From Nitrospirota bacterium (lineage in GTDB: Bacteria > Nitrospirota > JACRHL01): DNA of 64,000 nucleotides. The stretch covers positions 17,321-81,320 of the forward strand of contig JAOUMB010000001.1 of NCBI GenBank assembly GCA_029881725.1, written 5' to 3'. How positions within the stretch are numbered: the first letter of the stretch is position 1; every line of letters begins with the position of its first letter. The position numbers and the translations under genes were made by a program. The notes under the pieces were generated by a model. The model was not told the origin of the DNA. It made no database searches and saw only the letters and a list, made by a program, of their open reading frames with translations. Positions 17,336 through 27,342 of this stretch are shown here, piece by piece.

Positions 17336-19645
17336 ATGGGGTCCCAACTCACCGCAAGGCGAGGGAGATCGGTCATTTCGGACAAACACGCCAGCACCAC
17401 TGCGGCCCCCTCTACCCCCGCCGGTACCCCGACGGGCAGCAAGGGGTTCCGGCGCAAGGGGAAGGGCAAGCCCACCCCGCCCCCGAGCAACGGCAACGCC
17501 CCCAAGGGAAATGCCGTGCGCGTGCTGGTGGTGGACGATGACCGGGCCATGCGCGAACTGGCGGTGCGCTCGCTGGAGCTGTCCGGGTTTGCGGTCGCCT
17601 CCGCCGGCAACGGCCAGCAGGGCGCCCTGGTGTTCGCCGAATTCGTGCCCGATATCGTCCTGCTCGACGTGATGATGCCCGGCTGGGACGGCTTTGCCAC
17701 CTGCAAGGCCATGCGCGGTCTGCCCGAGGGCGGCAACACCCCCATCGTCATGGTCACTGCCCTGGACGATCTTTCATCCATTGAACGCGCCTATGAAGCG
17801 GGCGCCACCGATTTTGCCACCAAGCCGATCCAGTGGCCGGTGCTGGCCCAGCGCCTGCGCTACATGGCCCGCCAGAAGCAGGTGGCCGACAAACTGCGCG
17901 AAAGCGAAAAACGCCTGGCCAAGGCCCAGCGCATCGCCCGCCTGGGCAGTTGGGAGTGGGACATCGCACCCGACCGGCTGACCCTCACATCGGACCCCAA
18001 TTCCGCCCCGCTGGACTGCGGGGAAACGTTCGACGGCACCTTTCTCGGTTTTGTGCGCCTGCTGCATCCGGACGACGCGGGGCGCACCCTGGACGCCATC
18101 CACGCGGGCATCCGTTCCCGGTCCCCGTTCTCGGTGGAATACCGGCTGAACACCGCCGACGGCGCGGAACTGTTCATCCATCAGGAAGCGGAACCGGAGT
18201 TCGACGAGCAGGGCAACCTGGTGCGCCTGAGCGGCACCATCCAGGACATCACCACCCAGCGCGAAACCGAAGACCGCATCCAGTTTCTGACCCGCTACGA
18301 CGGCCTCACCTCCCTCCCCAACCGGCACATGCTGACCGAACAGATCGCGCGCACCATTCAGGGGGCGCAGCGTGGACGGCACATGGCCGCCATCCTGACC
18401 ATCGGCCTGGACCGCTTCGAGCGGATCAACCATGCCTTCGGCCACGATGTGGGCGACGAACTGCTGCGCGAAGCATCCTTGCGCCTGCGCGAATCGGTGG
18501 AACGCTTCGCGGGCCGCTCCCGCTCCGGCCAGCCGCCCATGGTGGCGCGCCTGGGGGGCGACGAATTCTGCGTGGTGTTCACCCACATCGAGGAGGCCAG
18601 CGAAGTGGCCCGCACCGCCCAGATGGTGCTCGATGAACTGACCGACCCGTTCCAGGTGGACGATCACGAGGTATACATCACCAGCAGCATCGGCGCGGCC
18701 CTCTATCCGGTGGACGGCACCTCGGTGGACGGCCTGCTCAAGAACGCCGCCGCCGCCCTCAAGGACGCCAAGGTCCAGGGCAAAAACAACTACCGCTTCT
18801 ATACCAGCACCATGAACTCCGACGCCATGCGCCGGGTGGCGCTGGAGGGCAAGCTGCAAAAGGCCATGGACAACGACGAGCTGGTGCTCTACTACCAGCC
18901 CAAGATCGATATCCGCACCGGCCGGATGATCGCCATGGAGGCGCTGATCCGCTGGCAGCACCCGGAACTGGGCATGGTCTCGCCCGCCGAATTCATCCCC
19001 CTGGCGGAGGAAACCGGGCTGATCGTGAACATCGGTGAATGGGTGCTGTCCGAAGCCTGCCGCCAGAACGTGGCCTGGCAGAAGCAGGGGCTGCACCCGG
19101 TGCAGGTGTCGGTCAACCTGTCGGCCCGCCAGTTCTGGCAGGACGATCTGGCCGAGCGTCTGGGAGGCCTGCTGGCGGAATCCGGCATGGACCCGCGCTG
19201 GCTGGAGCTGGAGATCACCGAGAGCACCTTCATGCACAACGCCGAGGAGACAGAACGCACCCTGCGCGACCTGAAGGCTCTGAACATCTCCCTCAGCGTG
19301 GACGACTTCGGCACCGGCTATTCATCCCTGGCCTATCTGCAACGCTTTCCCATCGACGCCCTGAAGGTGGACCGCTCCTTCATCACCGACGTGACCACCA
19401 GCGCCGACAGCGCCACCATCACCCGCACCATCATCTCCATGGGCCACAGCCTGGGCATGACGGTGATTGCCGAAGGGGTGGAAACTGCCGACCAGTTGCG
19501 CTTCGTGCGCGATCAGGGGTGCGACCAGATTCAGGGCTATCTGGTAAGTCCGCCGATCCCCGCCGAGTCCTTTTCCGAACTGCTGAAGGACGGGAACAAG
19601 CCGCATATCGATCTGTCGCTGCTTTCCGATTCTCCTTCGGAGTAA
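17336..19645 (+). CDS. Response-regulator-type c-di-GMP turnover protein: REC - PAS - GGDEF - EAL
   Basis: Receiver (VRVLVVDDD...DIVLLDVMMPGWDG...IVMVTA), PAS region, GGDEF (RLGGDEF) and EAL (ELVLYYQPK, EITES, DDFGTGYSSL, KVDRSF) all intact. N-terminal about 60 aa is low complexity; the true start may be internal. Confidence 0.85.
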   Translation: MGSQLTARRGRSVISDKHASTTAAPSTPAGTPTGSKGFRRKGKGKPTPPPSNGNAPKGNAVRVLVVDDDRAMRELAVRSLELSGFAVASAGNGQQGALVFAEFVPDIVLLDVMMPGWDGFATCKAMRGLPEGGNTPIVMVTALDDLSSIERAYEAGATDFATKPIQWPVLAQRLRYMARQKQVADKLRESEKRLAKAQRIARLGSWEWDIAPDRLTLTSDPNSAPLDCGETFDGTFLGFVRLLHPDDAGRTLDAIHAGIRSRSPFSVEYRLNTADGAELFIHQEAEPEFDEQGNLVRLSGTIQDITTQRETEDRIQFLTRYDGLTSLPNRHMLTEQIARTIQGAQRGRHMAAILTIGLDRFERINHAFGHDVGDELLREASLRLRESVERFAGRSRSGQPPMVARLGGDEFCVVFTHIEEASEVARTAQMVLDELTDPFQVDDHEVYITSSIGAALYPVDGTSVDGLLKNAAAALKDAKVQGKNNYRFYTSTMNSDAMRRVALEGKLQKAMDNDELVLYYQPKIDIRTGRMIAMEALIRWQHPELGMVSPAEFIPLAEETGLIVNIGEWVLSEACRQNVAWQKQGLHPVQVSVNLSARQFWQDDLAERLGGLLAESGMDPRWLELEITESTFMHNAEETERTLRDLKALNISLSVDDFGTGYSSLAYLQRFPIDALKVDRSFITDVTTSADSATITRTIISMGHSLGMTVIAEGVETADQLRFVRDQGCDQIQGYLVSPPIPAESFSELLKDGNKPHIDLSLLSDSPSE

Positions 19646-19811
19646 TCCAAAACCGCCCCATAAAGGCCAGTAAATTCAAGGGTATCGACAGAAGGTCCGA
19701 CAAGAGGAATGAATTTGCATGCCACCCTTCCGGCGGGGAAGGCGGCACATCGGTTTTACCGGCCGGACCGGGAGCGGATCCGGCCATCCAACTGGAGACG
19801 GGACCCTCACC

Positions 19812-21536
19812 ATGATCGTACGTTCCGGCGGAAACAAGCGCCGCAAGCCATTGGGTGAACGGCTGGTCGAATCCGGCCAGATCACCGCCCAGCAACTGCG
19901 CTTCGCCCTTCAGGAGCAGTCCCGCACCGGACGCCTGCTGGGGGAAATCCTCATCGCCAACAACTTCACCTCCGAGTCGGCCATCGCCTCCATGGTCACC
20001 ATGCAGGCCGGTGACTCCTACGACGACCTGACCGACATCGAAGTGCCGCGCGAGGTGCTGCAACTGCTCCCGGAAACCTTCATCCGCAAGCGCCATGTGC
20101 TGCCCCTGTGGACCGACAACGAAAGCATCCGCGTGGCCATGGTGGACACCTTCGACGTGGAGGCCATCGACGACGTGGCGCGGGTGACCAACCGGGACGT
20201 GGTGGTGGTGGGCTGCCCCCGCTCCGCATTCCTGGACCTGGTGCGCCGCCTGTTCGATTCCGCCGAGGCGCGCAGCAGCCGTTTCGAGGGCGCGGTGAAA
20301 AACGCCGCCCGCTCCATCAGCGATCTGGCCGAAGGCGACCAGACGGCCATCATTACCCTGGTCAACGAAATCATCACCCGCGGGGTGCTGATGGGCGCCA
20401 CCGACATCCACATTCAGCCCGAGGAAGCGGTGGTGCACATCCGCTACCGGGTGGACGGCGTGATGCGCGAAGGCGACACCATCCCGAAGGAGGTGCAGGC
20501 CGCCGTGGAAAGCCGTCTGAAGGTGATGGCGCGGCTGGATATCTCGGAAAAACGCATCCCCCAGGACGGCCGTATCGAGCAGCAGATCGAGGGACGCTGC
20601 ATCGACCTGCGCATCTCCACGGTGCCGGCCCTGGCCGGGGAAAACATCGTGCTGCGCCTGCTGGACCGTGCCAAGGTGGCGGTGCGGCTGGAGGAACTGG
20701 GCCTCACCCCGGCCCACCGCCAGATGTTCCGCGAGGCGGTGTCCCGCCCCCACGGCCTGATTCTGATGACCGGCCCCACCGGCTCCGGCAAGACCACCAC
20801 CCTGTACTCCGGCCTGATGGAAATCAACGCCCTGGAGCGCAACGTGATGACGCTGGAAGATCCGGTGGAGTATCGCATGAGCGTAATCCGCCAGACCCAG
20901 GTGAACGCCAAGGCGGGCTACACCTTCGCCACCGGGCTGCGCGCCCTGCTGCGTCAGGACCCGGACGTGATTCTGGTGGGCGAAATGCGCGACCCCGAAA
21001 CGTCGGACCTGGCCATTCGCGCCAGCATGACCGGCCATCTGGTGCTGTCCACCCTGCACACCAACGACGCATCATCGGCGCTGCCGCGCCTGATCGACAT
21101 GGGGGTCGCCCCCTATCTGCTGCCGTCCACCCTGATCGCGGTGGTGGCCCAGCGGCTGGTGCGCCGCCCGTGCAAACACTGCATGCGCCCCTACACGCCC
21201 GCGGTGGAGGAATTCGAATCCTTCAGCCGGGAGCCTCACGAAGGCAATTTCGTCACCGTGGAGGGGTGCAACCGGTGCTACGGAACCGGCTACTCCGGCC
21301 AGTTGCCGCTGGTGGAATTCCTGAACATGAATCAGGAGGTGGGTGAACTGGTGATGGCCCGCGCCAGCGCCGCCGATATCTATCAGGCGGCCATGGCCTC
21401 CGGCATGCGCGACCTGCGCATGGACGGTTATGAAAAAGCCGTCCAGGGACTCACCACCCTGGCCGAGGTCCAACGCGTGGCCGAACGCCGCCTGGCCGTC
21501 CGCACCGGGCACGCCCCGGAGCGAAATAAAGGGTAA
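19812..21536 (+). CDS. GspE/PilB/MshE-family secretion ATPase with N-terminal T2SSE_N domain and C-terminal tetracysteine motif
   Basis: Start at MIVRSG. N-domain (LGERLVESGQITAQQLRFALQEQ), Walker A (GPTGSGKTT), Asp/His boxes, CKHC...CNRCYGTG zinc-binding cysteines. No other secretion or pilus genes in the window. Confidence 0.85.
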   Translation: MIVRSGGNKRRKPLGERLVESGQITAQQLRFALQEQSRTGRLLGEILIANNFTSESAIASMVTMQAGDSYDDLTDIEVPREVLQLLPETFIRKRHVLPLWTDNESIRVAMVDTFDVEAIDDVARVTNRDVVVVGCPRSAFLDLVRRLFDSAEARSSRFEGAVKNAARSISDLAEGDQTAIITLVNEIITRGVLMGATDIHIQPEEAVVHIRYRVDGVMREGDTIPKEVQAAVESRLKVMARLDISEKRIPQDGRIEQQIEGRCIDLRISTVPALAGENIVLRLLDRAKVAVRLEELGLTPAHRQMFREAVSRPHGLILMTGPTGSGKTTTLYSGLMEINALERNVMTLEDPVEYRMSVIRQTQVNAKAGYTFATGLRALLRQDPDVILVGEMRDPETSDLAIRASMTGHLVLSTLHTNDASSALPRLIDMGVAPYLLPSTLIAVVAQRLVRRPCKHCMRPYTPAVEEFESFSREPHEGNFVTVEGCNRCYGTGYSGQLPLVEFLNMNQEVGELVMARASAADIYQAAMASGMRDLRMDGYEKAVQGLTTLAEVQRVAERRLAVRTGHAPERNKG

Positions 21537-21661
21537 CCGGCACCGGCGAGCATTAGGCCTCCACCCGGCGGCAAACGCGGGGATTCCCGCGGCACCCGTC
21601 AATCCGTGCGGGTTTACCGCCCCCCACCTGGCAGCGAATACGGCCCCGCGCCCGGCAGCGG

Positions 21662-21946
21662 TCAGGCTGAAATGGTTTCGGCGATCAGCTTGCCGTCCAG
21701 TTCGGCATACTGGATGCTTACCCGGGCATTCGGATGCACCGATTTTGCCTGCTCGGCGGTGATCTGAAACACCAGATGCCTGCCGGTCTGGGCATCCACC
21801 AGGGTGAGGGTGCCCGCGCTGGCGTCCACCGCCGCCACCACGCCCATGTGGGTCATCATTTCGTCCGGCCCGCAGGCCAGTGCCGGCGTGCTGACGGCCA
21901 ATCCCACGGCGATCGCCGCGACCATTGAAAAGCGTGCAATTCCCAT
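21662..21946 (-). CDS. Small secreted protein of unknown function (signal peptide + about 70-aa mature domain)
   Basis: Start placed at MGIARFSMVAAIAVGLAVSTPALA. 94 aa. The longer 176-aa track ORF has an implausible Arg-rich N-terminus. Confidence 0.45.
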   Translation of the reverse strand: MGIARFSMVAAIAVGLAVSTPALACGPDEMMTHMGVVAAVDASAGTLTLVDAQTGRHLVFQITAEQAKSVHPNARVSIQYAELDGKLIAETISA

Positions 21947-22140
21947 ATGGCTGCTCCTTGTATGCCGGGTTAAAACGTTCCACTCATTATACCTGCCGAC
22001 CGCCGGCCGGGCACACGGTGTGGTGTTGTACACCCCAGGATTGACGTACAATTGAACCATGGAGCGGAACGGCCGGACCCGCGGGCAACAGGGGGCGCCG
22101 ACAGGCTGGCATTCCGCGTGCCGCCTGAAAGGAGGCCGCC

Positions 22141-22965
22141 ATGCACATCCATTCTTTTCCCGTTCATTCCCGCGCCCTGACCGGCGCCGCACTGGTTCTG
22201 CTGATCGCTGGTTGCGCCGCGGTCGATACCGCCTATATTGGCACCGTGGGTGCGGTGGACCCGGACAAGTTGCGCCTCAAGCAGGAAACGAAATGGCTCA
22301 ACCCGCAGCCCAACCTGAGGTTGGTGGGGGAGAAGCAGATGGTGGTGATGTTGCGCGTGCGCGACAGTTCCGGCACCGGGATCGAAATCACCAATGACCT
22401 GCGCGATGCGCTGCTGGAGCGTGGCTACCGGGTTACCGGCAACCTGGACGATGCCCAATACGTGATGAACCTGGACCTGCGCTATTACGGTGAGAACGCC
22501 ACCGCCGACGGTGGCCGCGCCTCGATGGCCGCGGGTGTCGGCGGCGCCATCGCGGGAGGCGTGATCGGCCACCAGTCCCATCGCACCGGCAGCGGCGCCA
22601 TGGTCGGTGCCGTCGCCGCCAGCATGCTGTTCGACGTGGCCGCCCAGCGCAACAAGATCCGGGAATACGATGTGGTGATGGACGTCCGGGTTGGCGAGCG
22701 GGTCGAGGGCGGGGTGCACACCACCCGCACCACCGGGGAAGACACTTCCGTGCGCCACTCGGGCACCTTCAGGTCCGGCGGGATTGAATCGGGACGCGGG
22801 AGCGGAGGCAGCGGTGAAACCCAGGTATATGAAACCACCGAGGATTTTCTGTATCATCAGAATCGTCTGGTGGTATTCACCAGCCGCATGAACCTGTCCC
22901 CCGAGGAGGCCCAGCCGGTATTGCACCAGCGGTTGATCCGGGCACTCGCCAACACCCTTCCCTAG
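22141..22965 (+). CDS. traT: TraT-family outer-membrane lipoprotein (complement-resistance / surface-exclusion protein homologue)
   Basis: Lipobox LIAGCA. Similarity along the length to plasmid TraT (WLNPQP ~ WLEP; Gly/Ala-rich central region; [10 protein letters not shown] ~ DVQIAERTK; C-terminal [30 protein letters not shown] ~ [26 protein letters not shown]). Good SD (AAAGGAGG). Confidence 0.7.
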   Translation: MHIHSFPVHSRALTGAALVLLIAGCAAVDTAYIGTVGAVDPDKLRLKQETKWLNPQPNLRLVGEKQMVVMLRVRDSSGTGIEITNDLRDALLERGYRVTGNLDDAQYVMNLDLRYYGENATADGGRASMAAGVGGAIAGGVIGHQSHRTGSGAMVGAVAASMLFDVAAQRNKIREYDVVMDVRVGERVEGGVHTTRTTGEDTSVRHSGTFRSGGIESGRGSGGSGETQVYETTEDFLYHQNRLVVFTSRMNLSPEEAQPVLHQRLIRALANTLP

Positions 22966-22987
22966 CGCTCGGAGATCCCTTCAACTT

Positions 22988-24073
22988 ATGGGCAGTTCAT
23001 TCGGCCAGCAGTTCCGCATTGCCACGTGGGGTGAATCCCACGGCGGCGGTGTGGGGGTTACCATCGACGGCTGCCCGGCGGGCATGGAACTGAGCGAGGC
23101 GGACATCCAGCCCGATCTGGACCGCCGCCGCCCCGGACAGAGCCGGGTGACCACCCCTCGCGACGAGGCCGACCGGTGCGAGATCCTGTCCGGCGTGTTC
23201 GAGGGGCGTACCCTGGGCACCTCCATCGCCATCCTGGTCCGCAACCAGGACCAGCGCTCCTCCGCCTATGAGGATTTCAAGCACATCTACCGCCCCGGCC
23301 ACGCGGATTACACCTATCAGGCCAAGTACGGCTACCGCACCTGGCAGGGGGGAGGCCGGGCCAGCGCGCGCGAGGCCATCGGCCGGGTGGCGGCGGGGGC
23401 CGTGGCCAAAAAGATTCTGGCGGAAAAATTCGGCACCCGTATCGTTGGCTGGGTACAGCAGGTGCACACCATCGCCGCCGAAACCGGCTGGGAGGGGGTC
23501 ACCCCCGAAGCGGTGGAGGCCAACATGGTGCGCTGCCCCGATCCGGCAACCGCCGAACGCATGATCGAACGCATCGATCAGGCCCGCAACGAGGGAGACT
23601 CGGTAGGCGGCATCGTCCGCTGCGTGGCCGAAAACGTGCCGCCGGGGCTCGGTGATCCGGTGTTCGACAAGCTGGACGCCGACATCGCCAAGGCGATGAT
23701 GAGCATCCCCGCCTGCAAGGGGGTGGAGATCGGCGATGGATTTTCGTCCATCGCCCTCACCGGCAAGGAACACAACGACGCCTTCTACATGGAAGGCGAC
23801 CGGGTGCGCACCCGAACCAACCACGCGGGCGGCATTCTGGGCGGTATCTCCGATGGAGAGCCGGTGCGGGTGTCGTGCGCCTTCAAGCCCACCGCCACCA
23901 TCGCCCACCCCCAGGAGTCGGTGGACGACCAGGGCAACGCGGTGACCCTCAAGGCCAAGGGGCGGCACGATCCGTGCGTGCTGCCACGCGCGGTGCCAAT
24001 TGTGGAGTCCATGCTGGCGCTGGTGCTGGCCGACCACTGGCTACGGCAGGCGGCGTACCGGATGGGTGAGTGA
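22988..24073 (+). CDS. aroC: Chorismate synthase
   Basis: Full-length match to the AroC family ([53 protein letters not shown]). Confidence 0.95.
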   Translation: MGSSFGQQFRIATWGESHGGGVGVTIDGCPAGMELSEADIQPDLDRRRPGQSRVTTPRDEADRCEILSGVFEGRTLGTSIAILVRNQDQRSSAYEDFKHIYRPGHADYTYQAKYGYRTWQGGGRASAREAIGRVAAGAVAKKILAEKFGTRIVGWVQQVHTIAAETGWEGVTPEAVEANMVRCPDPATAERMIERIDQARNEGDSVGGIVRCVAENVPPGLGDPVFDKLDADIAKAMMSIPACKGVEIGDGFSSIALTGKEHNDAFYMEGDRVRTRTNHAGGILGGISDGEPVRVSCAFKPTATIAHPQESVDDQGNAVTLKAKGRHDPCVLPRAVPIVESMLALVLADHWLRQAAYRMGE

Positions 24074-24215
24074 GGCCGTGGAAGGCCTGACCATCCGTCC
24101 GGAAGAGCCCCGCGATTATTCGCGGGTTGAAGAGATTATCCGCCAGGCCTTCGAAAACCACCCCAGCAACACTGGCGCGGTGGAGCATCATGAGGAATTT
24201 GCCCGGTTTCGATAA
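24067..24215 (+). pseudogene. Remnant of a YhbS-like GNAT N-acetyltransferase gene with a large internal in-frame deletion
   Basis: The roughly 45-codon ORF reads (V)EGLTIRPEEPRDYSRVEEIIRQAFENHPSNTGAVEHHEEFARFR. Its first about 24 aa resemble the N-terminus of YhbS-type GNATs (MLIRVEIPIDAPGIDALLRRSFE) and its last about 13 aa their C-terminus (GLVEYHEHFNRF). The roughly 120-aa acetyltransferase core is missing. Confidence 0.5.
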
Positions 24216-24224
24216 CCGGGCGGG

Positions 24225-24926
24225 CTACGCCACCAGTTCCCGTACCAACTGGGGCGTGAACTGCTCCATGTGGTCGATCACCCGGTCCGGGTTGGCGTCC
24301 TTCAACTCATCCGCCTTGTAGGAGTGGGTGATTGCCACGCAGCGCATGCCCGCCGCCTTGGCGGCCAGCACCCCGGCGATGGAATCCTCGATCACCACGC
24401 ACCGCTCCGGACCGATGCGGCGGCCAGCGGCGGCCAACTCCAGGTTATGCAGGGCCAGCGCCTTCAGATACCCCTCCGGGTGCGGCTTGCAGTGCACCGT
24501 TTCCTCCGCCGCCACCACCAGCCGGAAGGTGTCGTTGATGCCCGCGATCTCGCAGATCCGGGCAATCTCGCCGAACAGGGCACCGGACACCACCCCCACC
24601 GGAAACGCCTCCCCCTGCGCCCGCACACATTCCACCGCGCCGGGGAACAGCACCAGGTGCTCGGCGATGTGGTGGTCGTAATCGTGGCTCTTGCGCCGGA
24701 TCAGGTCGATCAGGTCGGCCTCGTCCAGGGGACGTCCGTTTTCCCGGTAGGCGTATTCAAAACAGCCCTTGTCATCGAAGCCCAGATAGACGTCGTGATA
24801 CTGCTGGTCGGTAACGGTAATCCCCTCCTCGGCCAGCACCTTTTGCAGCAGCATCTGATGCACCGGCTCGTCGTCGGCAATCACGCCATTGAAATCGAAA
24901 AGGACCAGAATATCGGCGTTGCTCAT
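24225..24926 (-). CDS. HAD-superfamily hydrolase (beta-phosphoglucomutase/phosphatase subfamily IA)
   Basis: DFNGVIADDE motif I, VVSGA motif II, KPHPEGYLKA motif III, IEDSIAGVLAAKAAG motif IV. Confidence 0.8.
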   Translation of the reverse strand: MSNADILVLFDFNGVIADDEPVHQMLLQKVLAEEGITVTDQQYHDVYLGFDDKGCFEYAYRENGRPLDEADLIDLIRRKSHDYDHHIAEHLVLFPGAVECVRAQGEAFPVGVVSGALFGEIARICEIAGINDTFRLVVAAEETVHCKPHPEGYLKALALHNLELAAAGRRIGPERCVVIEDSIAGVLAAKAAGMRCVAITHSYKADELKDANPDRVIDHMEQFTPQLVRELVA

Positions 24927-25094
24927 GCGCCCGGCTCTCCCATGCGGAGGGTTGGAATTCTGGCGAATGGTATCACAGCCCTCCCGTTCGGCAGGTGATG
25001 CCCGAAGGCTCTACAATAGAGGTATGGGTACACCGCTCCGGTGCGCGGCGGGTGGGGCATGGCATCGGATGGCTGATGAATTGGAGGCTAGGTC

Positions 25095-25649
25095 ATGGCA
25101 CGGGTATTGGTTCCGCTCGCGGAAGGATTCGAGGAGATCGAGGCGGTCACGGTGATCGACATCCTGCGCCGCGCGGGGATCGAAGTGGTCTCCGCCGGGC
25201 TTACCGACGGCCCGATCAAGGGGTCGCGGGGCATCACGGTGGTGCCGGATACCGGCGTGCACCGCATCCTGGAGGACGATTTCGACATGGTGGTGCTGCC
25301 CGGCGGGCTGCCGGGGACCATGAACCTGCGCCTCGACAAGCGCATTCACGACATCGTCAAACGGGTGCATGAGCGCAAGGGATACGTCACCGCCATCTGC
25401 GCCGCGCCGACCATCTATGCGGAAATGGGTTTTCTGGAAGGCAAGAAGGCCACCAGCCACCCTTCCACCGCCGACGAAGTGCGCGCCAAAACCGGCGAAT
25501 ACTCCGAGGACCGGGTGGTGGTGGACGGCCATTTCATTACCAGCCGCTCCCCCGGCACGGCCATGGAGTTCGCCATGAAGCTGGTGGAGGTGCTGGCCGG
25601 AAAGAAGATGGTCGCCAAGGTCAACGAAGGGGTGATGGCCACCCTCTAA
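25095..25649 (+). CDS. DJ-1/PfpI-family protein (YajL/ThiJ-like)
   Basis: MARVLVPLAEGFEEIEAVTVIDILRRAG and AICAAP (nucleophile Cys) motifs. Confidence 0.85.
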   Translation: MARVLVPLAEGFEEIEAVTVIDILRRAGIEVVSAGLTDGPIKGSRGITVVPDTGVHRILEDDFDMVVLPGGLPGTMNLRLDKRIHDIVKRVHERKGYVTAICAAPTIYAEMGFLEGKKATSHPSTADEVRAKTGEYSEDRVVVDGHFITSRSPGTAMEFAMKLVEVLAGKKMVAKVNEGVMATL

Positions 25650-25879
25650 GCCCACACCTTCCGCACCGCACAGTGACGGACCGCCCCCGCCCCGCCAGCA
25701 TGGTGGAGCGTGGGGCGGTTCGCTCTTTTGCGGATCCACCGTTAATTAACCAAACCCTGACCATTTCCCCACGCAATCCTCACATCCCACGACGATAATG
25801 GGGACAACAGCGGAGCAACGGACCCCGCAACGGTGCGGGCCATCCTCCATCCGCATTCTTCAGTTGGAAAGGAAATATA

Positions 25880-26076
25880 TGGCATCAATGAAAGAACCTC
25901 GGACATTCTGGGGCCTGTGCGCCCTGTTCGGTCGGGGAACCGGCACCCGGAAGCCCGCCGCTACGGCAGGCAGCGTGGCGCTCCCAGATGATCCCTACCG
26001 GATCACCCTGTGCCCGTCCCACGCGGGACGGGTCCTCACCGAAGAAGAGGGGCGCGACCTGTGGCGAACCGCATAG
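25880..26076 (+). CDS. Small hypothetical protein (65 aa)
   Basis: ATG preceded by GGAAAGGAAAT SD-like sequence. Followed about 25 bp downstream by a strong intrinsic-terminator-like hairpin. No recognisable motifs. Confidence 0.3.
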
Positions 26077-26102
26077 CCTCCATCCCACACTCCCCCCCGC
26101 AA

Positions 26103-26133
26103 GGGGCCGCGCTTCGTGCCCGGCCCCTTTTTT
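26103..26133 (+). terminator. Rho-independent terminator-like hairpin (GGGGCCG...CGGCCCC followed by TTTTTT)
   Basis: aaggggccgcgcttcgtgcccggccccttttttgtg read directly from the sequence. Confidence 0.5.
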
Positions 26134-26293
26134 GTGTCCGGGTTTTCTAACCGGATTCTCACACACCCCTCACAGTGCCCGCATATCGGCCTCCTATCCT
26201 TCCCCGCATTCAGTTGAAGGTTTTGCGCGGGCGGTGCCGTACACCTCCCGCAAGTGTCAGACAAAAATACAAGTGGACAGGAGATCGAATCCA

Positions 26294-27331
26294 ATGAACT
26301 GCAAGCAACTCGTGACCATCGCGGCCACCGTGGCCAGCTTTTGCGTGGCCACCACGGCCCATGCCTACAAGGTGGACGACACCCTGGAGATCAAGGCCAA
26401 GCTGTTTGCCAACTGGCAGACTTTCGAAGGCGACCCCAACGGCGGCGGCTTCCATCTGGGCCGTAACTATGTGGAAGTCCGCAAGCACATCAGCGACACC
26501 GACATGGTGCGCGTGACCCTGGATCAGAAGGGCGAGGCCGATTCCACCGGGACCTTCGTCACCGTCTCCGGTATTCCGGACACCACCGGCAAGGCCGTCA
26601 CCAAGAACGACGGCAAGATTTTCGTTAAATACGCCTACTGGCAGCACACCTTTCCGTTCAGCGCCAAGCTGAAGGTCGGTCAGCACCACACCCCGTTTGT
26701 GGACTACGACAACAACGATTTCTGGGGCTACCGCTTCGTGGCCAAGGCCTATACCGACGAGTGGGGCCTGCAAACCTCCTCCGACAGCGGCGTCAGCCTG
26801 CTGGGCACGGCGGCGGACAAGAAGGTGGAGTACTACTTCTCGGTGCTCAACGGCGAGGGCTACCAGCACACGGTGGACGGCCACGGCTACGCCTTTGCGG
26901 CGCGGGTGCAGGCCAACATCAACGGCATCCACGCCGGCGTGGTCACCCACGACGAGGGCAACCGCGGCGGCGCCTCCAACTACGACCCGACCCGGCGCCT
27001 GGTGTTCGCGTTCTTCGAGAACGACACCTTCCGCGTGGGCGGTCAGTACCTGGTGGATGCGGACGATGGCGCGGGCGCCAAGGACTTCGCCAAGGGCACC
27101 GGCTACAACGTGCAGGGTTCCGTCAAACTGCCGTTCGGCAACCACGCCAGCGCCTTCGCCCGCTTCGATTCCGTCGACAAGAAGGACACCGGCGTGGACG
27201 AGACCCTGACCATCGCGGGTGTGAGCTTCGAGGCGGCCAAGGGCGTCACCCTGGCCCCCAACATGCAGATCATGGACAACGGCGTGGACACCAACGCGGT
27301 GTACGGCATCAACGCCCAGTTCAAGTTTTAA
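26294..27331 (+). CDS. Outer-membrane beta-barrel porin (possibly anion/phosphate-selective, given its position upstream of pstSCAB)
   Basis: Start at MNCKQLVTIAATVASFCVATTAHA (signal peptide, AGGAG SD). Alternating amphipathic strands, aromatic-rich, C-terminal ...GINAQFKF ending in Phe as typical for OMPs. Confidence 0.7.
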   Translation: MNCKQLVTIAATVASFCVATTAHAYKVDDTLEIKAKLFANWQTFEGDPNGGGFHLGRNYVEVRKHISDTDMVRVTLDQKGEADSTGTFVTVSGIPDTTGKAVTKNDGKIFVKYAYWQHTFPFSAKLKVGQHHTPFVDYDNNDFWGYRFVAKAYTDEWGLQTSSDSGVSLLGTAADKKVEYYFSVLNGEGYQHTVDGHGYAFAARVQANINGIHAGVVTHDEGNRGGASNYDPTRRLVFAFFENDTFRVGGQYLVDADDGAGAKDFAKGTGYNVQGSVKLPFGNHASAFARFDSVDKKDTGVDETLTIAGVSFEAAKGVTLAPNMQIMDNGVDTNAVYGINAQFKF

Positions 27332-27342
27332 CGAAAAATACG

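Noticed and set aside
25011-25739. 242-aa minus-strand ORF overlapping the DJ-1/PfpI gene
   Set aside because: Antisense to a gene with a clear DJ-1 active-site signature; no motifs of its own; high-GC artefact.
26136-26293. Pho box upstream of the porin / pst operon
   Set aside because: Only a partial TGTCA-containing match (TGTCAGacaaaaatacaagTGGACA) is present and none upstream of pstS. Not strong enough to annotate as a feature, so it is mentioned only as a weak candidate.
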